Translations under genes and position numbers: made by a program
Shown: piece after piece, positions 46,401-60,488 of the stretch
How the letters are laid out: each line of letters starts with the position of its first letter
Numbering within the stretch: position 1 is the first letter of the stretch
NCBI GenBank assembly: GCA_051362555.1
Contig: CM120644.1
Coordinates: 24,946,534-25,010,533, forward strand
Source: Lingula anatina
Lineage: Eukaryota > Animalia > Brachiopoda
Reading direction: 5' to 3'
DNA length: 64,000 nucleotides
The notes under the pieces: model-generated
The model's input: only the letters and a program-made list of their open reading frames with translations
Databases searched by the model: none
What the model was told of the DNA's origin: nothing

Positions 46401-49400
46401 CCTAGTTCACTCTACGTTGCCTGTCTGGTAACGATATAAGAGGTTTCACTCTTGCTACCCTTCTATACACTCTCTGGGCTTGTAACCGACGCTTAGCAAT
46501 TTTCACAGACACGTTCTTATGTGTGAAATTTTTCCACTGTGTTGTCAACTGACAAGCAGTGTCAAACTTTGACAACCTGGACATCAAAATCAGTCGTCGG
46601 TCTTCACGGCCAGTAGTTTTTTGGACGACCCATCAGAGGCAATTTGTCTCTTGATCCAGTGTTTCTATACCGAGACCAGACCCTCTGCACGGTTCTGACT
46701 GAACAATTCAATTGTATCGATATTCTGGCATTGCTTATATTCCGCCTCTTGACGCCTATAACCGTTAGATAATTGACTGTATCTTGCCATATAGGAGGAA
46801 GAAAGGAATAACATTTGCCGTACATGTACAAGACCAACAATACAATTCCATGGTACAGCGGTTTTATACTCATTAGTCACATTATAAGTAGAATCGCCAT
46901 TATAACTACCCAAGATCTGCCTACTTTTATTACTCCGATTTAGGGGGTGACACTTCTATTGTCCAGTGTGTGCACTAGTTTTAAAGATATAATCAACGTT
47001 TGCTTTATTTTTTACGTGTTCAAATTTGCTTACTCAAAAAACTTATACATTTCAATAATCACCAATAATAAATAACTAATCATCAATAATCAATAATAAT
47101 CAATAAACAGTATCAAACTCACCATTTCTGCCATTCCTTTAAACTATAAATTTCAAGTAGAAATAACGCGTTCAAAAGTAAGAGTCCTATGTGTTCCTCC
47201 TACGGAGACACTGTGATGAATGAAACAAAGTGCAAAACTCATGGGGCACCACCCTGAATGAAAACTTGTCATTTATGCAAATGAGTGCATTAGATGAGCC
47301 GGACACCAGGCTCCTCAATCACAACAAAAGTAAACTTAACCTTACAATGTACTTGAAGTAAGTTTGAGTCTACAGTGCTTACATCTGTTGACAGTCCCCA
47401 GAGGTCTGTAAAAAATTTGACCAGCTAGGCCCTTTTAAATGGATTTCTTTTTCATATATTTGTTTCAAATTCTGTTTGGAGCAAGTTCTTTGAAACGAAT
47501 TTGGTACTTGTTAGTGCGCCAAGTCACAAGACCCTGTGGTCACTCTAGTTAAATGAACAGTGATCAGCCACGTGGTTTTGGGTGTGTGTGTGTTAGAAAT
47601 CACGACAGAATTTAGTAGACAAGTAGCAAGCATACCGGTCGGTCACCTGTGTTTGGAACCGTAGATAGCATATAATGTGAGTAATTGTAAAATGTATTTC
47701 TTTTTCTTTAACGTATATACTGTAGTTTGTTTCTATAAGTTTCTATGAGTTTATTGTTTATTGCATACTAATGTCATTTTTTCATTTTTTTTTAGATTTG
47801 TAGAAAAGCTCAACGTACACAAATAGGTATATCAGAAAAATTTTCAAACAGATCAGAAAATTAAAATACTTATATCATCTGAAAGGTAATGCAAAAACCG
47901 GATGAAATCATTAGAAATTTTTTAAATATTCCTACAAGCAATAAAGATATTGAAGTTTTTTAACTGCAAAAATCCACCAAAAGTGTCCACACTTCTCAGC
48001 TCAAAACCTGTGCCCACTGACCAGCAGTGATCACTCAGGCGCAGCAGAGCACCCTGTGTGTCTTTGTGTGCTCAGCCTATTGTCTGGCTCACATAGCCTG
48101 TGATTAATCAGGGCAGAGCTATTTCCCTGTGGTAATTTTCACATCATGTAATATTGCGGATTAAATTAACTATACTTCGCAACCTTCAAATTTCATGATT
48201 TTTCTACATAATATAGCAAATTTCATAAACTTTGCTGGATATAAATTTCAAAAAGATGATACCAGCACTTACCTGAAATTTTTTAGCATTTTGTAGAGGC
48301 AAAACTTAAAACAAGCAGAACCGAAACTTGTCAAAGACTGCAACATGGGAAAATCATGTGACCGGATTTTACTCTTTGATTTACAACTTATTTAGTTAAT
48401 GGCTTGTATTAGTTTTTTTTACGCAGCGCTATAAGAGAGATTTAAAAAAGGGGTTCCATAGGCGAACTGTCAGCAGGCCGACTTCAGTTTAACACTTCAC
48501 TGCCCGTGGACAGTTACGACTGTAGCGCCCCTAGCGGATTGTGATCTACCTAACACAAAGAACAAACGTGCCACGGTGTCCATTGTTCTAACGAAACTGT
48601 AACAAATTGTGCTATCTATAAGACAATAAATGATTCAGTCATGTTATGCGTGACGTCGTCTACAATAGTACTTTAAATCATGTTTAACAATATCTATGTA
48701 GAGTGGCATCCTTCCAAGTTCTGCCCTACTTGCATTGTTGCTTGCATATTTCCGTACACCAAGAGCCCACTTACACGTTTTTAGATGGAGCCAGATATAG
48801 GCGCACGATGCACCTAAGCAAGTACTTGTGACGCACTTTTATCGTGCTGGTAAAGTGCGTCGACTTAGTGTGAGGCACTTCACAAGGACGGTAGTAGCAC
48901 TCGCCACGCACTTTGGAAGTAAGATAAACGCACGGAGGAAGTGCGCTCACCCTCCTTTTTGTTTACACGTACATTGAAAGCAAGTTGAACGTACGAGTAT
49001 CTTGCGTGGTATGTACGTTTTTGTGGTAAAATACCCCGGAGTTTCTGCATGCTTTTCCTGCGTTACACACACACGCCTAGCGCACTTACTCAGTACTTTT
49101 GTCTTGCGTGCTACAAGCGTGCTCCAGGAGTTTTAATTGTCGAAGACAGGTCGTAGCGAAAAACTGGCCGGTCAGTTTTCGGGCTGCGTGCTTTGCGTCG
49201 TGTTTGCGTCCACCAAAAATTATACGTTCCACGTGCGTGTATTTTACTACTTGGTCAATTTTTTGCACGCAAACCGCTCGTAGAAGCACGCACGACCGGT
49301 TGTAAGAGTAGCTAAAGGTGTGCTCACGACGCACGCTCGTGTCTTTACAATGAACGTCGACTGTGTAACACGTAAAACAATTATTTTAAATTTTCAAATT

Positions 49401-52095
49401 TTTGCTCAATTTAGTTTCTAATATGCCTCCAAAAGGCAGGATAAAGAAGTTTACAAAGTAGAAAAAAGGGAGGAGAAAGAAGAAAGAAAAGGAGTACAGG
49501 AAGCAAAACTGACGTACGCCGTCAGTACGTCATCACCAACGTGTGAGGCAAGTGTGAAGCAAACCTGACTCAAAAGGGCACTACTTTCGCCGTGCGTTGC
49601 ATTTCCTTCGTAAGCTGTAAATGTGTGCCACGTACACAGGAAGCAAGACAAACTCAAGAAATGAGTACGGTCAGCTTTCCTTGCAATTATTGTCCCTGCT
49701 TGAAAAGACATCTCATGTGGCCCTTGCAATTCGCAAGGCAGACTTTCCTCTACCTCTACGATATCCACAAAAACCAAAAATCGCAGGAGACGTACGATCC
49801 TGAAATTCGTGCGTCCGGTTGTGACCGATGCTTAACACAATGTGTCTTAATAAGTATGACTTTAACTGCACGTGCCTAATTTAGAATCAAATAATCACAT
49901 ATCAGCTCTTTCACCATCAGGGTGAACAATTAAATGTGGTTAATGTTACAAGTGTCTGATAAATTAGCAATTTATGATTAGAGATTGCTGATAGACTGAT
50001 ACCAAAGACACTGTTCATAGGAGCAAAAAAAAAAAGAGTTATGACAATCAGACTACAATTTACAAAAATATAGCCAATTATGTGTTCAAAAAGTACCTAT
50101 TTTTAGCTGTTACAATGGGTCATTTAAGGTCAAATTAAGGTCAAAATATGATGCACTAGCTCTTTATGTCAATAATTTATGGTGAAAATGATATTGGTAT
50201 TTAATTCCAACATAAAACGTCTTCTCTTCTAGCAGGTTCTTCTAAGAAACAGGCTTTTATAGATGTTTTACTTATTTTTGTTAATGCAATGAATAACATA
50301 TTTGATAAGGCCAAATATTACTTTGAAATCGCCTACGTGATAATAAGATGACTTTACCATGTTATGACTCAAACATAATACATGAGTTGTGCACATGTAA
50401 CCAATATTAATAATGCTATAGTGTTTATAAACATGAGCCCCTTGGCGTCTCCTAATTTTTTAGTGTCCGTAACCCCCCCCTCCACTCCCCCCCACCCCAC
50501 CCCCCATCTGTTTTATTTAGGAATCACAGCATATTCTGTCTGATTTTATTATTTTATGTATGTCCAAACTGACATTTATTTTTCAGGAAGAAAATAGCAC
50601 ATTACCCCTTATTATGAAAAACAAATGCTAAAACAAATGCTTCAGAGTTCATTTTTCTCTTAATGTGACCCCTATTTTGTACCCCTGATTGTGAAACAGC
50701 TGTATACATGTAGAATTGTACAAAATCAATCCACTTAGCTTTGCTAAAACACTGAATGCCTTTACTGTACGTCACCTATCAAAGACACAGACGTGCATAT
50801 TTACTTTACCAATAAGAAAATAAACCGACAATACCTGCAGAGATTCACCTACCGATTCTGGCGGATGGATAAACTGTATTTTCATCGTTCCTGAGCCACT
50901 TCCTGTACGGGGCGGTTTCGATAACTTCTCGGCAGCCAGGTGGGCAAACGTCGTCATTCTCCAACATCTCTGTCTTCAGATCTTCTGTCAGTTTTTCCAG
51001 GCCGTGTGGGAAGCGGAACCCAATGCTGTACTTCAGGTAAGGGAAGTAGGCACCAATAAGTCGGTCTAGCTCCTGCCTGATATAGCTAAGTACGTGGAAT
51101 GCACTGTCGCCCTCCAAGACGTTGACACCTGTTTTCAATGACCCGACCATGAGTTTGAATGTGCCGTCTCCTTCATTAGATAACTCCAGTATTGTGTGAG
51201 TTGACCTGTCCACCTTGAAGCATGCGTAGTCGCAGTATGGATTATGGTCGTGGGATGACCACTTCCTGTAGCAGCAGACCACCAGGCGATGAAAGAGACC
51301 AGCGGGACAGAGCCCACCATCAAACATCAAATATAACGGAGGAATCTTCTGCATCTCCAAATAACCTTCTGGTGGACATTCAGGTATCTTCAAATAGCCT
51401 TCTGCATCGGGGTGGCTTTTCAGCACACAAGGTACTAAATATTTATTCCAATTTTCGTTGGCTTGTTCCTCCGGTAGTTCAACTAGCAAGTCAAAGCGTT
51501 GACAAATGCGAAGAAGAATCTGTTTATTTCCCTTCAGCTCGGCGTCTTGTTCCCACACACTGTCAATCAGTCGTTCATCCAACTCTCCTTTGTCGTCCAG
51601 CATCTTCCAATATTCCCCGACTCTTTCATTAGGAATCTTGTGGTACTTCTCTACAGTCATGAAAGATGCAAAGGCGTCGATCAGCCATTGGGGATCTAAT
51701 ATGACGATTTCCCTAATGCCGACTTCATTGAAGAATACCAGTTCTCCCAAATCGCTGTAGAATTTCAAAAAGAGAAGTATCTTTTCTGCACTCTCGAGGC
51801 CGTAACACTTTCCTTCCTGGATTACTTCCTCATGGCTCAGACACTTCTTCGATTTGCTGATCTCCTTTAGTTTCTTTTCCAGAAGCACATAGTTCAACGG
51901 CTTCTCTTCACCCCAGTATGGCTGTGCATGGATTGTTTCCTGAATCGCCTTCTTTAACTCTTTAATCCCGGCATCCTGCTGGTCGCAGTTGTTCACAGCA
52001 TGGAAGTACGGCTGAACGTGCATGTCATGCGCTGGTCTGCCGTCCAGGAATTCTTGAATTTTACAAAATTTTTCCTTTGCCACCTTCTTCCTTTC
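43439..52095 (-). CDS. Roco protein 2, 3' part: COR exon 50853-52095, death-domain exon 44938-45202, linker exon 44409-44485, trypsin-like peptidase exon 43439-43923 (out-of-frame tail to 43272); ROC exons not found in the window
   Basis: COR exon is clearly paralogous to 21493-22702 with the same splice phases; death domain is paralogous to 20801-21075; downstream exons join in frame through GG|GTAATA...ttttcag|T and G|GTAAGT...gatag|CT. Confidence 0.75.
45402..49833. mobile_element. Harbinger-like element of the 28058-29352 family in the Roco2 COR-death intron, split by nested insertions
   Basis: 45402-45785 and about 49300-49833 are reverse complements of the two ends of the 28-29 kb element; flanks rejoin sequence homologous to the Roco1 intron. 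Confidence 0.7.
45895..46971 (-). mobile_element. Degenerate Tc1/mariner transposon
   Basis: Same transposase motifs as 41480-42556; left boundary approximate. Confidence 0.88.
49903..50702. mobile_element. Tc1/mariner-like MITE
   Basis: Imperfect TIRs CAGCTCTTTCACCATCAGGG / CCCTGATTGTGAAACAGCTG with TA on the right; absent from the paralogous Roco1 intron. Confidence 0.7.
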
Positions 52096-54931
52096 CTGTA
52101 CAACAGGTATAAACATCAGTAAAACGAATACACCTATGATTTTCAGAACTGTCTCTAAGGGTCGATAGAATGGTTAGAAAACATACCGAGAGTGAGACCT
52201 TTTGAAGTAAAAAAAGTTATGTTATACATTACAGGTAGCTTATCTGAACTTTTGGAGCTGAATTTTACTTTTATTTATAAAGACATTAACATTTTTCCAC
52301 TCACTAATCAATGTGCGACCAATTTCTGTACTAAGAATGGTGTTTTACACACCTTTACGTTAGCGAATAAATAATTAAGACTACCATGGTTTCCTCTTGC
52401 CGTCAGGAAATAGATTGAAGAAACTCTGTAGGTATTTCATGGTAACTAAACGCAGCTTGTGGTACACCATGTATATGTCAAAAGACCGGACCAAATCTAG
52501 TCCTATGTATAAAAAGCCCAGACCCCATGTTTATTACGCCCTGGCTGTGCCCATTCTTTATGGTGTCTTTGTATGGTTAACAGCATAATGGGCAAGTTAA
52601 ATGACCAAGTTAATTGGCCAAGCTGCCAGTTTGTTTGTATGACATGTGCAGGGAATGTCTTAGATTAAGGCACATATTATGATACTTACAGGTGTGGCAA
52701 ATGAGATATACTTGTATTTCATTACCTGTGATTTGTAAAATACACCTGAGGATGATAATTTTAAAGATGTTTAATGTTTAAGGAAAATACATGTAGATTG
52801 ATTTAGTAACATTAACTAAAGAAATGTAAAATTAAAGGTCGGCTACATTTGTTAGTGTGTGAAAAGTATTAAAAAGGTATTTGTATTATCTGCATTTCCT
52901 TAAGGATAAATTACAAATACCTGTTTCAAACTTTTCTTTTATGTTAAATATAATAAGGATAAAGGATTGAATATAGGATAAGGAATAAATTGGTATCATT
53001 CTAATGTAATATGTATAAGTTTTTAATAGTTTTTTTACAATTGTATCCTAATAAATCGACTTTATCAGTGTTCAAACTTGCATAGATTATGATGTAAATA
53101 AAAATATAGTATAATGTAGCTCGCAGGGGCCACAGATAAACGAGGCATATGAAAACGGGCATATTCCTTTTACATGAGCTTTATTTTACTTGTCTCTGCT
53201 TGAAACAGCCGTGTAACTAAAACAAAGAAATACAGTTGTCACTTATTTGTCTTGCTGGTATCACCACTTCTCACATAACATCTGAGTTTATAATACAAAT
53301 TACAAATTAAAATACAATTAGCAACCAGGTTATTTTTTTAATAAAACTATATAATACAAACAGAGAAATACTGGTAATATACATTATGTACACAATTGGC
53401 ATAAACATCTTACCATTATGCCGTTACTGGGTAAACATAAAATTGCCACTGCATCTCTGTACCTCTGTACTCCTCTGCAGCACACACCTAACTGACCCAC
53501 ACTCTCCTGGGTGTGACAACTAGGACTATTCACTTATGCTAATGGAGTCCTTTTATTAAAGGAATGTGATAGATGTGCTTGTTCAGCATACCTTATGCAA
53601 TAAACCATAAAATAAGTTTGATACAATCATTTTTGTTATTACATATAACTTTAAGGAGTTTTTATATCTACAGGTATGCCTGCAAATAGAGCAAATTTTT
53701 ACTATGAATTCCCACCTTTCTTTGTAATTTATCCTTAAGAAAATACAGAATGCAAAAGGTCAACAAAACATTTAAGGGCAGTGTTGCCGACACGGCAGAA
53801 ATTATATACGTTGTTATCATTTTTATTTTATATTATTTTATGTTCCTATGTTTATTTATATTGTGTTAGAGAAGAAACTAGAACACTGCTCAATATTAAG
53901 TAACATCTGTTCATTTAGTCATGTGGTCAACTGTATAAAAGCCGATGTTGCATGTGCTCTGCGCGGTCATTTATTACTTACTGGCAGAGTGGAGGTATGT
54001 TATGATATAACGTGTAACTTGTGTAAAATCTATGTATTTAATAAAGTGTAATTCCCTTATATAGAGGTAGTTTGTGTAGTTTACAAAAGTTTACATAAGT
54101 TTACATAAGTTTAATCAGTAACAAGTTATGAGCATCGTGTTTATTAAAGTCTATGTTGGTTTGGGTGTGGTATTTTCATGAACAACACGTGTATATCCAT
54201 GAATATTTACAATATCAAATCAAATTACATTCACAGCACAGAATGTCATGACCGTCTCTGAGCAGCCAGTTGGCAGCAGAAAAAACGAGTCTGGATATTG
54301 TTTTAGTGTAAGTGTTTAAAATTAAATAATAATTAATAATCTGTGAAGTAAACTTACACGTATGTAAAGATCGATTTTTTTTTTTTTTTTTTGTTAAGAT
54401 CACATGAATTAAGTTATTTAGTATATTTAGTTTATGTATCTCAGTATTTCACTGTATTGTTATTGTTATTTTTTTTCTTTTTCATTTCTTTTTTTATAGT
54501 TTTCACCAGTTTTTGTTCAGTTTCTGTTCAGATTCTGTTCAGTTCTGATCACACTGCGTGAATGAACAGCAGTATTATCCAGCGGTGTTTCTTCATTTAC
54601 TCGTGCTCCGCTACAGTGAAAAACTGAAGCAAGCCTAGGCTGGGTTATATTGAAGGGTTCTCTAGAAGAAAACTTGCCATCCCGAGGCTGGGATACACCG
54701 GAGAACTCGACAAGTACAAATCTTGTTTCCCCAAGGGTACACGCTGTTTCACCGTCACATCAGACCATGACTGACCCAGGAGAGGAAAAGCAGGACATTG
54801 ACAGACTGTCAAAACAAAGACGGGCGCGAAAAGGTGCCGTGACGAAGTGTGTAGGTGCCATGGAGAGGGCAGTTGCTGCTGAGGATGCTCACTTGGTAGC
54901 TAGCAAGGCTGACCAGTTGAAAGATACGTTT

Positions 54932-57900
54932 GTAAAGCCTCTCTTCTGGTCCTCAAATCAAGTTCGGTCCCTTGGTTCTAAACTGTTTACCATAGGCTCT
55001 GTTCTGGTCCTACACCTGTTAATGTCCATCATGACGTGTTCTAGCGTGTTCCCCAAACGTGTCCTTGGCTGACTCTCTTTTGGGCCCAAAACTTTTTCTG
55101 CGGTATAGTCTTCATTTGGAAACCTGCCAGTATGACGTTCGGGGGAGGGGAGGGGATTAATTACTTGCAGTTAAGCAACTCATCTAACGGTCATTTGGTT
55201 GATTCGCGAGATCAACGGACTACCTGGCTATTATTTCACAGCATAAATGGAAAGATATAAATTGGAGAGTAACCTTGTGTCGCAAGGATACTACTTATAA
55301 TTATTTATTCCCTTCATGCTCCCTCTCCCCCCCCCCCCCCCCCCTCCCCGGGCACTTGTAATTGATACTCCGTATCTTGATTAATGTGGAAGAATTGAAA
55401 GATGAAAAGAGCGCCCAGACGTGCTTTTGACAGGTCAGGTCACGAAGTAACGGATACGGCATCTCAGGCTACAAAATATGGCTTCACAGGGCAATGAACA
55501 AATTCGAGAAATTTCCCTCTCCGACAAAATTCCGAGCATATATGGTCACCCTGCTTCCTACATGTCTTTACAACAATTCAGTATCATTATACTGAATTCT
55601 ATTACTGTTCTATTACTTATGTTGTATTCAACCATTTAATAAAAATTAATAGTTGAAGAAAATTTTATTGCAGGATTTTACAATATCACTACTTTGCACC
55701 ATTGTTATTATATGGCGCAGAGTACAGGTTCCAAACAGGTATACCTGCAAACAGTAAAATTGTTTGATATTAATAAAAATATAAACAATAATGTTGATCA
55801 TAATAAGTAAACCACTCAGCAGTCTAACTGGCTACGGGCTATTGCCAAGATGTGTTTAGTTTATAACACTCTCCCCTAGTTCGGGACATTTACAGAATGT
55901 CTTGACCTCTCTCTCCCTCGTCATAAATCTGACATTTAAAATTAGTATATCAATTCAGGATATTTACAGAAATGTGTGAACATTGTATTACTTTGAGAAA
56001 GGGTATTTTACAGTGTTCGTAAATGTTACAAAGGAAATTACCCAAAATATATAGATTTCCATATTGAGAAGACATGTTCCTCTACTCCCCCTCTCCAGAT
56101 TTCCTGGCCCGAGGAGCTATATGTTTGTCCTAAGCTCTGAAGCTCTGAACGCGCTTGATAGAAACCAGATGTGGAGATAGTAAGATTTTATTGCCCGAGC
56201 CAGACTACCGAATTTCCAATCTTACAGGTTGAAATAAGTGTGGGCAGGGGGGGGGTATATATCTTCTTAACCGAACCATGATAAAGTATATCAGTAGAAA
56301 GGTTCAACTTGACTTTTTTTTTAAATTTCAAATCGTTATTTCATAACATAATTTAGTTGCTATGCCCTTATGCCCCCCTCCCACCCTGAACTCTTGCAAT
56401 AAATATTCACTTTTTTTTCATATAACTTATCCCAACCGCTCACGTTTTGCATAACGTTTTTATGAATGTTTCACATTACTTTAAATAACTGCTGACGGCT
56501 TTCCATATTAGAGGGAACAACAACATAAGCCAGTGAAAATTAATGGAACGTGTCATATTTTTATTCCGATATTTATCTTAATATATGTGGCTCACATTAT
56601 CACTTTTTGTTGAAAGTTTTCTCACATCGAACTTAATTGGGTTGGATTGTCTACATCTGTAGCGGTGTTTTAAAGGGTCATAAAGTGACCAATTTTTTAG
56701 ATAGCGTTATGCGGGACTTGGGTAACTTTTATATAAACTGACAATAATATACTGTAGATTGATTCACAACTCTGCCTCCGGTCGAATGCAAGCCCGTAAG
56801 GACCAACCAAAATTAAATGCCCGTGTCTGGTGCGAGTGCTCCGTTTTCGGGCCCCCCGTTTTCGTGGTTCTCATACATAATCTGGCAACAAACAGATGAG
56901 ATGCAAATAAAACCGTATAATGATCGACTCGAAAATGCCTTTAGTCTGTTTTGATGCTTTCCATGTACGCAGATTTACTATAATGTATAGGATTCGAAAT
57001 TATCAACATCGGATTATTTAAAATAACCATCCAAAGATCATGTACATTACGGCGCGTACACACAATTCATTTGATTTGTGGTTTTTAATGAACTTAAATA
57101 TAGATGCTGCGATAAAGACCATTCAACTGAATAAGATATATAGGGCGAAAAGAAAATTGAGACGTCCCTGGAGTCGAGACAAAAAAATCTATGTTAAAGA
57201 ATCCCGATTCTGTAATAACAGCCAGGTTTGTCTCTTTTAAATTTATTTGAATTGTGCTCTATAACAAGAGAGGCAGTCAATGTGAGGGTCGGTGGCACTT
57301 TTAATGGTGGGGATCGAGTATTTAAATTCACAGATTTTGGGCATGAAAGAAAATTTTGTGGTTTCCAGGGGTCAATTTCTCTTGCCTAAGGGTTTTGTTT
57401 CATACTCGCATATTTTCATTTTACTGACTCCGCAGCGTTGACAACTAGTATTATTATGTTTGACACAAAGAAAGTAACGGGAAAAAAGGCGCGCGAAAAC
57501 TTACTGTAGTTGAACCCACAGTGCGGAAAACGATATATTGGGTTGGGGCGCTGTAAAAAGCTTTTTTTCCAGAACCTACTACTGTATAACATTAAAAGTG
57601 CTTTAAATTAATTCAGATGAGCAGTGCTAGTAGAAAAATATATTACTAAAGTGGAAAGTGAAGGGATTTATTCATTATAATGTTCAGTTGAAGACAACAT
57701 TTGGAAGAAACGAAAACATCATCAAATCTTATAAGACGAAAACAGACATAGCGGCATATCGTTTATTCTATATTCCTACAGTACTACATACATGTATCAT
57801 GTACAGCACAGGTGTATGACGCGAATTAATAACTCTAGGGGTTTTAGTAGCAATTCTTATATTCTTGCGTATTCATGTTCACCTTAGACATTCTTGACCT

Positions 57901-60488
57901 GGTCCCAGGTCTGAATTACAATGCAATTCGTTATGATAACATATAGCTTTCTCTTTCTCCGTCTATCGTTTCCTGCACTGTTACTCTTTCTGAAGACTGG
58001 CTCACGTCAGAAGAATTTTTGCTGCGTTGGTTATAATTCAAATCGCTATCAGATCATATATGGTCTGGTCAGTGTTTAATTGGGTCCTACTGTGCATCAT
58101 ACCTCCAGCCAGCAGACAGAGCGAGAGGGGGGAGGTTGGGGGGGGGGGCAGACAACTGTTGGAGTTTTGCCACATATGTCCAGTCCATTTCCAGTCCATG
58201 TGCAAGAAATTACAATTGACAGAGCTATGCATCTATTTGTATGTCGATTTGGTTAAATCCAAACTGGTATAACGAGATTCGGATTAGTTTTACTTTTACT
58301 TCGAGGCAATTCGCACCATAGCTTTTTACAATAAAAACAATAAGTTTATGGAGCACTAAATGATATGAATACATTTGCAGGCTCACTAGACTACATTATT
58401 TACACAATTATTTATTGTTGCATCACACATTCATTTATATTTTTGTACCCTTTTCAAAATAACCAGCTGACTTTCTGTGTGGGAGAAATAACCCAAGATC
58501 TGGTATTCAGAATTTGTCCGTAAAATCAGACTTGTTTTCAAGGACAGCACTTTTTCAGGTTAAGAAGGGGAGGGGGGTAGCAGATCTGTGAAGGCGTATG
58601 TCTACCGGTATCTTCTTAACCGAACGTGATATTCTAAAAAAGCATGTTGCTAATTAATAAAAGCTTATTTTAACGGTTTTTTCATTTTAAAATCGTTATT
58701 TGAAAATTTTAGTTACATAAGAGAACTAACGCATATATGCTTCTTAGGCCTCGTCTCTATAACCTTAGAACTAAAAGTTTCCCACAAACACACAAGTTTA
58801 GAATGCATAATTCGTAAGCGTTCTTTGGCAGCAACAGAAATGCGTCTAAAATTCTTACTCTGTATTAAATCTAACTAATTTTACTTAATTTCATTCATCA
58901 GTTCCCAACCTACGTTCAATAGGGTGACTCCCGTTTTCGCCCACGTCCACACACATATAATTATAAAACTTAGCAAATTATTTTATTCCATAAGTCTTGA
59001 TTATAAAATTATCAAAGGCATTCCAATTATAATCGACACATAAATTGTATTCATATTGTCATTTTCATCCACACAAGTGGATGCATATGTTACAGTGAAA
59101 TAAACTAAACTAAACTAAACATAAACCATAACCCCAACCAAAAATTAATCCCTGACAAAGCTTAGATGTAACGAATTAACACAATCTTTCAACAAAAAGC
59201 TCTAATTACTATTGGCGCTGTTCTGAATCTTTCCCTTGAAGTGGTAAATTGAAACGGGGATGTTAGCCTTTTATTTTGCCCAAGGGAGTACGGCGTTGTG
59301 TAACAGTAAATTGCATTGGTATGCATACTTATACTACGTAGTTATACTGGATGATCCGATCTGTCCTCTACCATAAGTCCCTCAAATCGCCACAACGTCT
59401 TTGGTCAGATCACTGGGATTTCATGATATTCCCTTCACTGTACGCTCCTAAAGCAATACAATTGGGATGCTACATGTAAGTTGTCATCCAGTAGCAAAAC
59501 ATCACTTGAACATTATCCGAATGATATGGGATATATAGCTTGTGAAAGCCTAGGTATAAATACCAACAAGGTATGCAGCTCATCTCTAAACCAGCCCCGT
59601 CAATCAAACACACATTATCTTCACTTGCGTCTTAGTTTAAATGCAGTCAAACAGGTTATAATTACGAATATATTGCGCGTTTATTTTAGATCCGCTGATT
59701 CGAAAATAATATAATCCATTTCTACTACTTGCACAAAACGCCTACATTTTGGTGTTTTTATAGTGACCATACCTATACCCTAAATCCTGAAAATTGAAAA
59801 AAAAAATTCTGAAACAAAATGCGTAAATGAATAAAGTAGCTAGACTATCCTTCATAGGGAGCTCTTTACATAAATTGCAGTATTAATAGATTTATAAAAC
59901 GTATGCAGTAAAAATCCATTATACTGTGCCTATATAAGCTCTGAATCACTATAGTTCTTGACAGTCCAGTGGACATTTAGGAAATTCACGGGAATAAACG
60001 CGTCCATATGAAAATAAGAGCTTATGCTAACTTGAAACGGAATAAAGAACGCACGATCATGACAGTGAGTGAGGTACCCCCCTCCACATGCACACAATCA
60101 CCCACGAATGTAACTGTCTTGAAAACAAGAAGCAGAGAACGCCATAAATATTGTAGTAGTATTAAGCATCCTAAAGGTAGTCACGCAGCAAAACTTTTGT
60201 GTTCTTTAAAAAATCTGAGAATATATTATAACAAATATAATACAATTTAAATAATTGAAATGCATTTCTTTCCAACATTCAGTTTACGTACGTTTTTTGG
60301 TAGCCTCTCAAAGTTTTAAACCTCAAATATTGGAGACCATAATAGAGTCAGCCAAGGACACGTTTGGGGAACACGTTTGAACTCGTCATGATGGGCATTT
60401 ACAGGTGTAGGACCAGAACAGAGCCTATGGTAAACAGTTTAGAACCAAGGGACCGAACTTGATTTGAGGACCAGAAGAGAGGCTTTAC
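54932..60488. mobile_element. 5.6-kb long-TIR non-autonomous DNA element (Mutator-like) inserted in BEL gag
   Basis: ~146-bp TIRs starting GTAAAGCCTCTCTTCTGGTCC; 8-bp target duplication ATACGTTT at 54924-54931 and 60489-60496. Confidence 0.88.

Larger units (their letters stand above)
38510..46971. repeat. Tandem segmental duplication: 38510-42556 and 42928-46971 (offset about 4415 bp, 370-bp spacer)
   Basis: Matching ORF pairs at a constant offset (40519/44934, 41031/45446, 42189/46604); only scattered differences. Confidence 0.95.

Noticed and set aside
47120-48700. Possible further element or gene inside the Roco2 intron
   Set aside because: No ORF, termini or second copy could be established by eye
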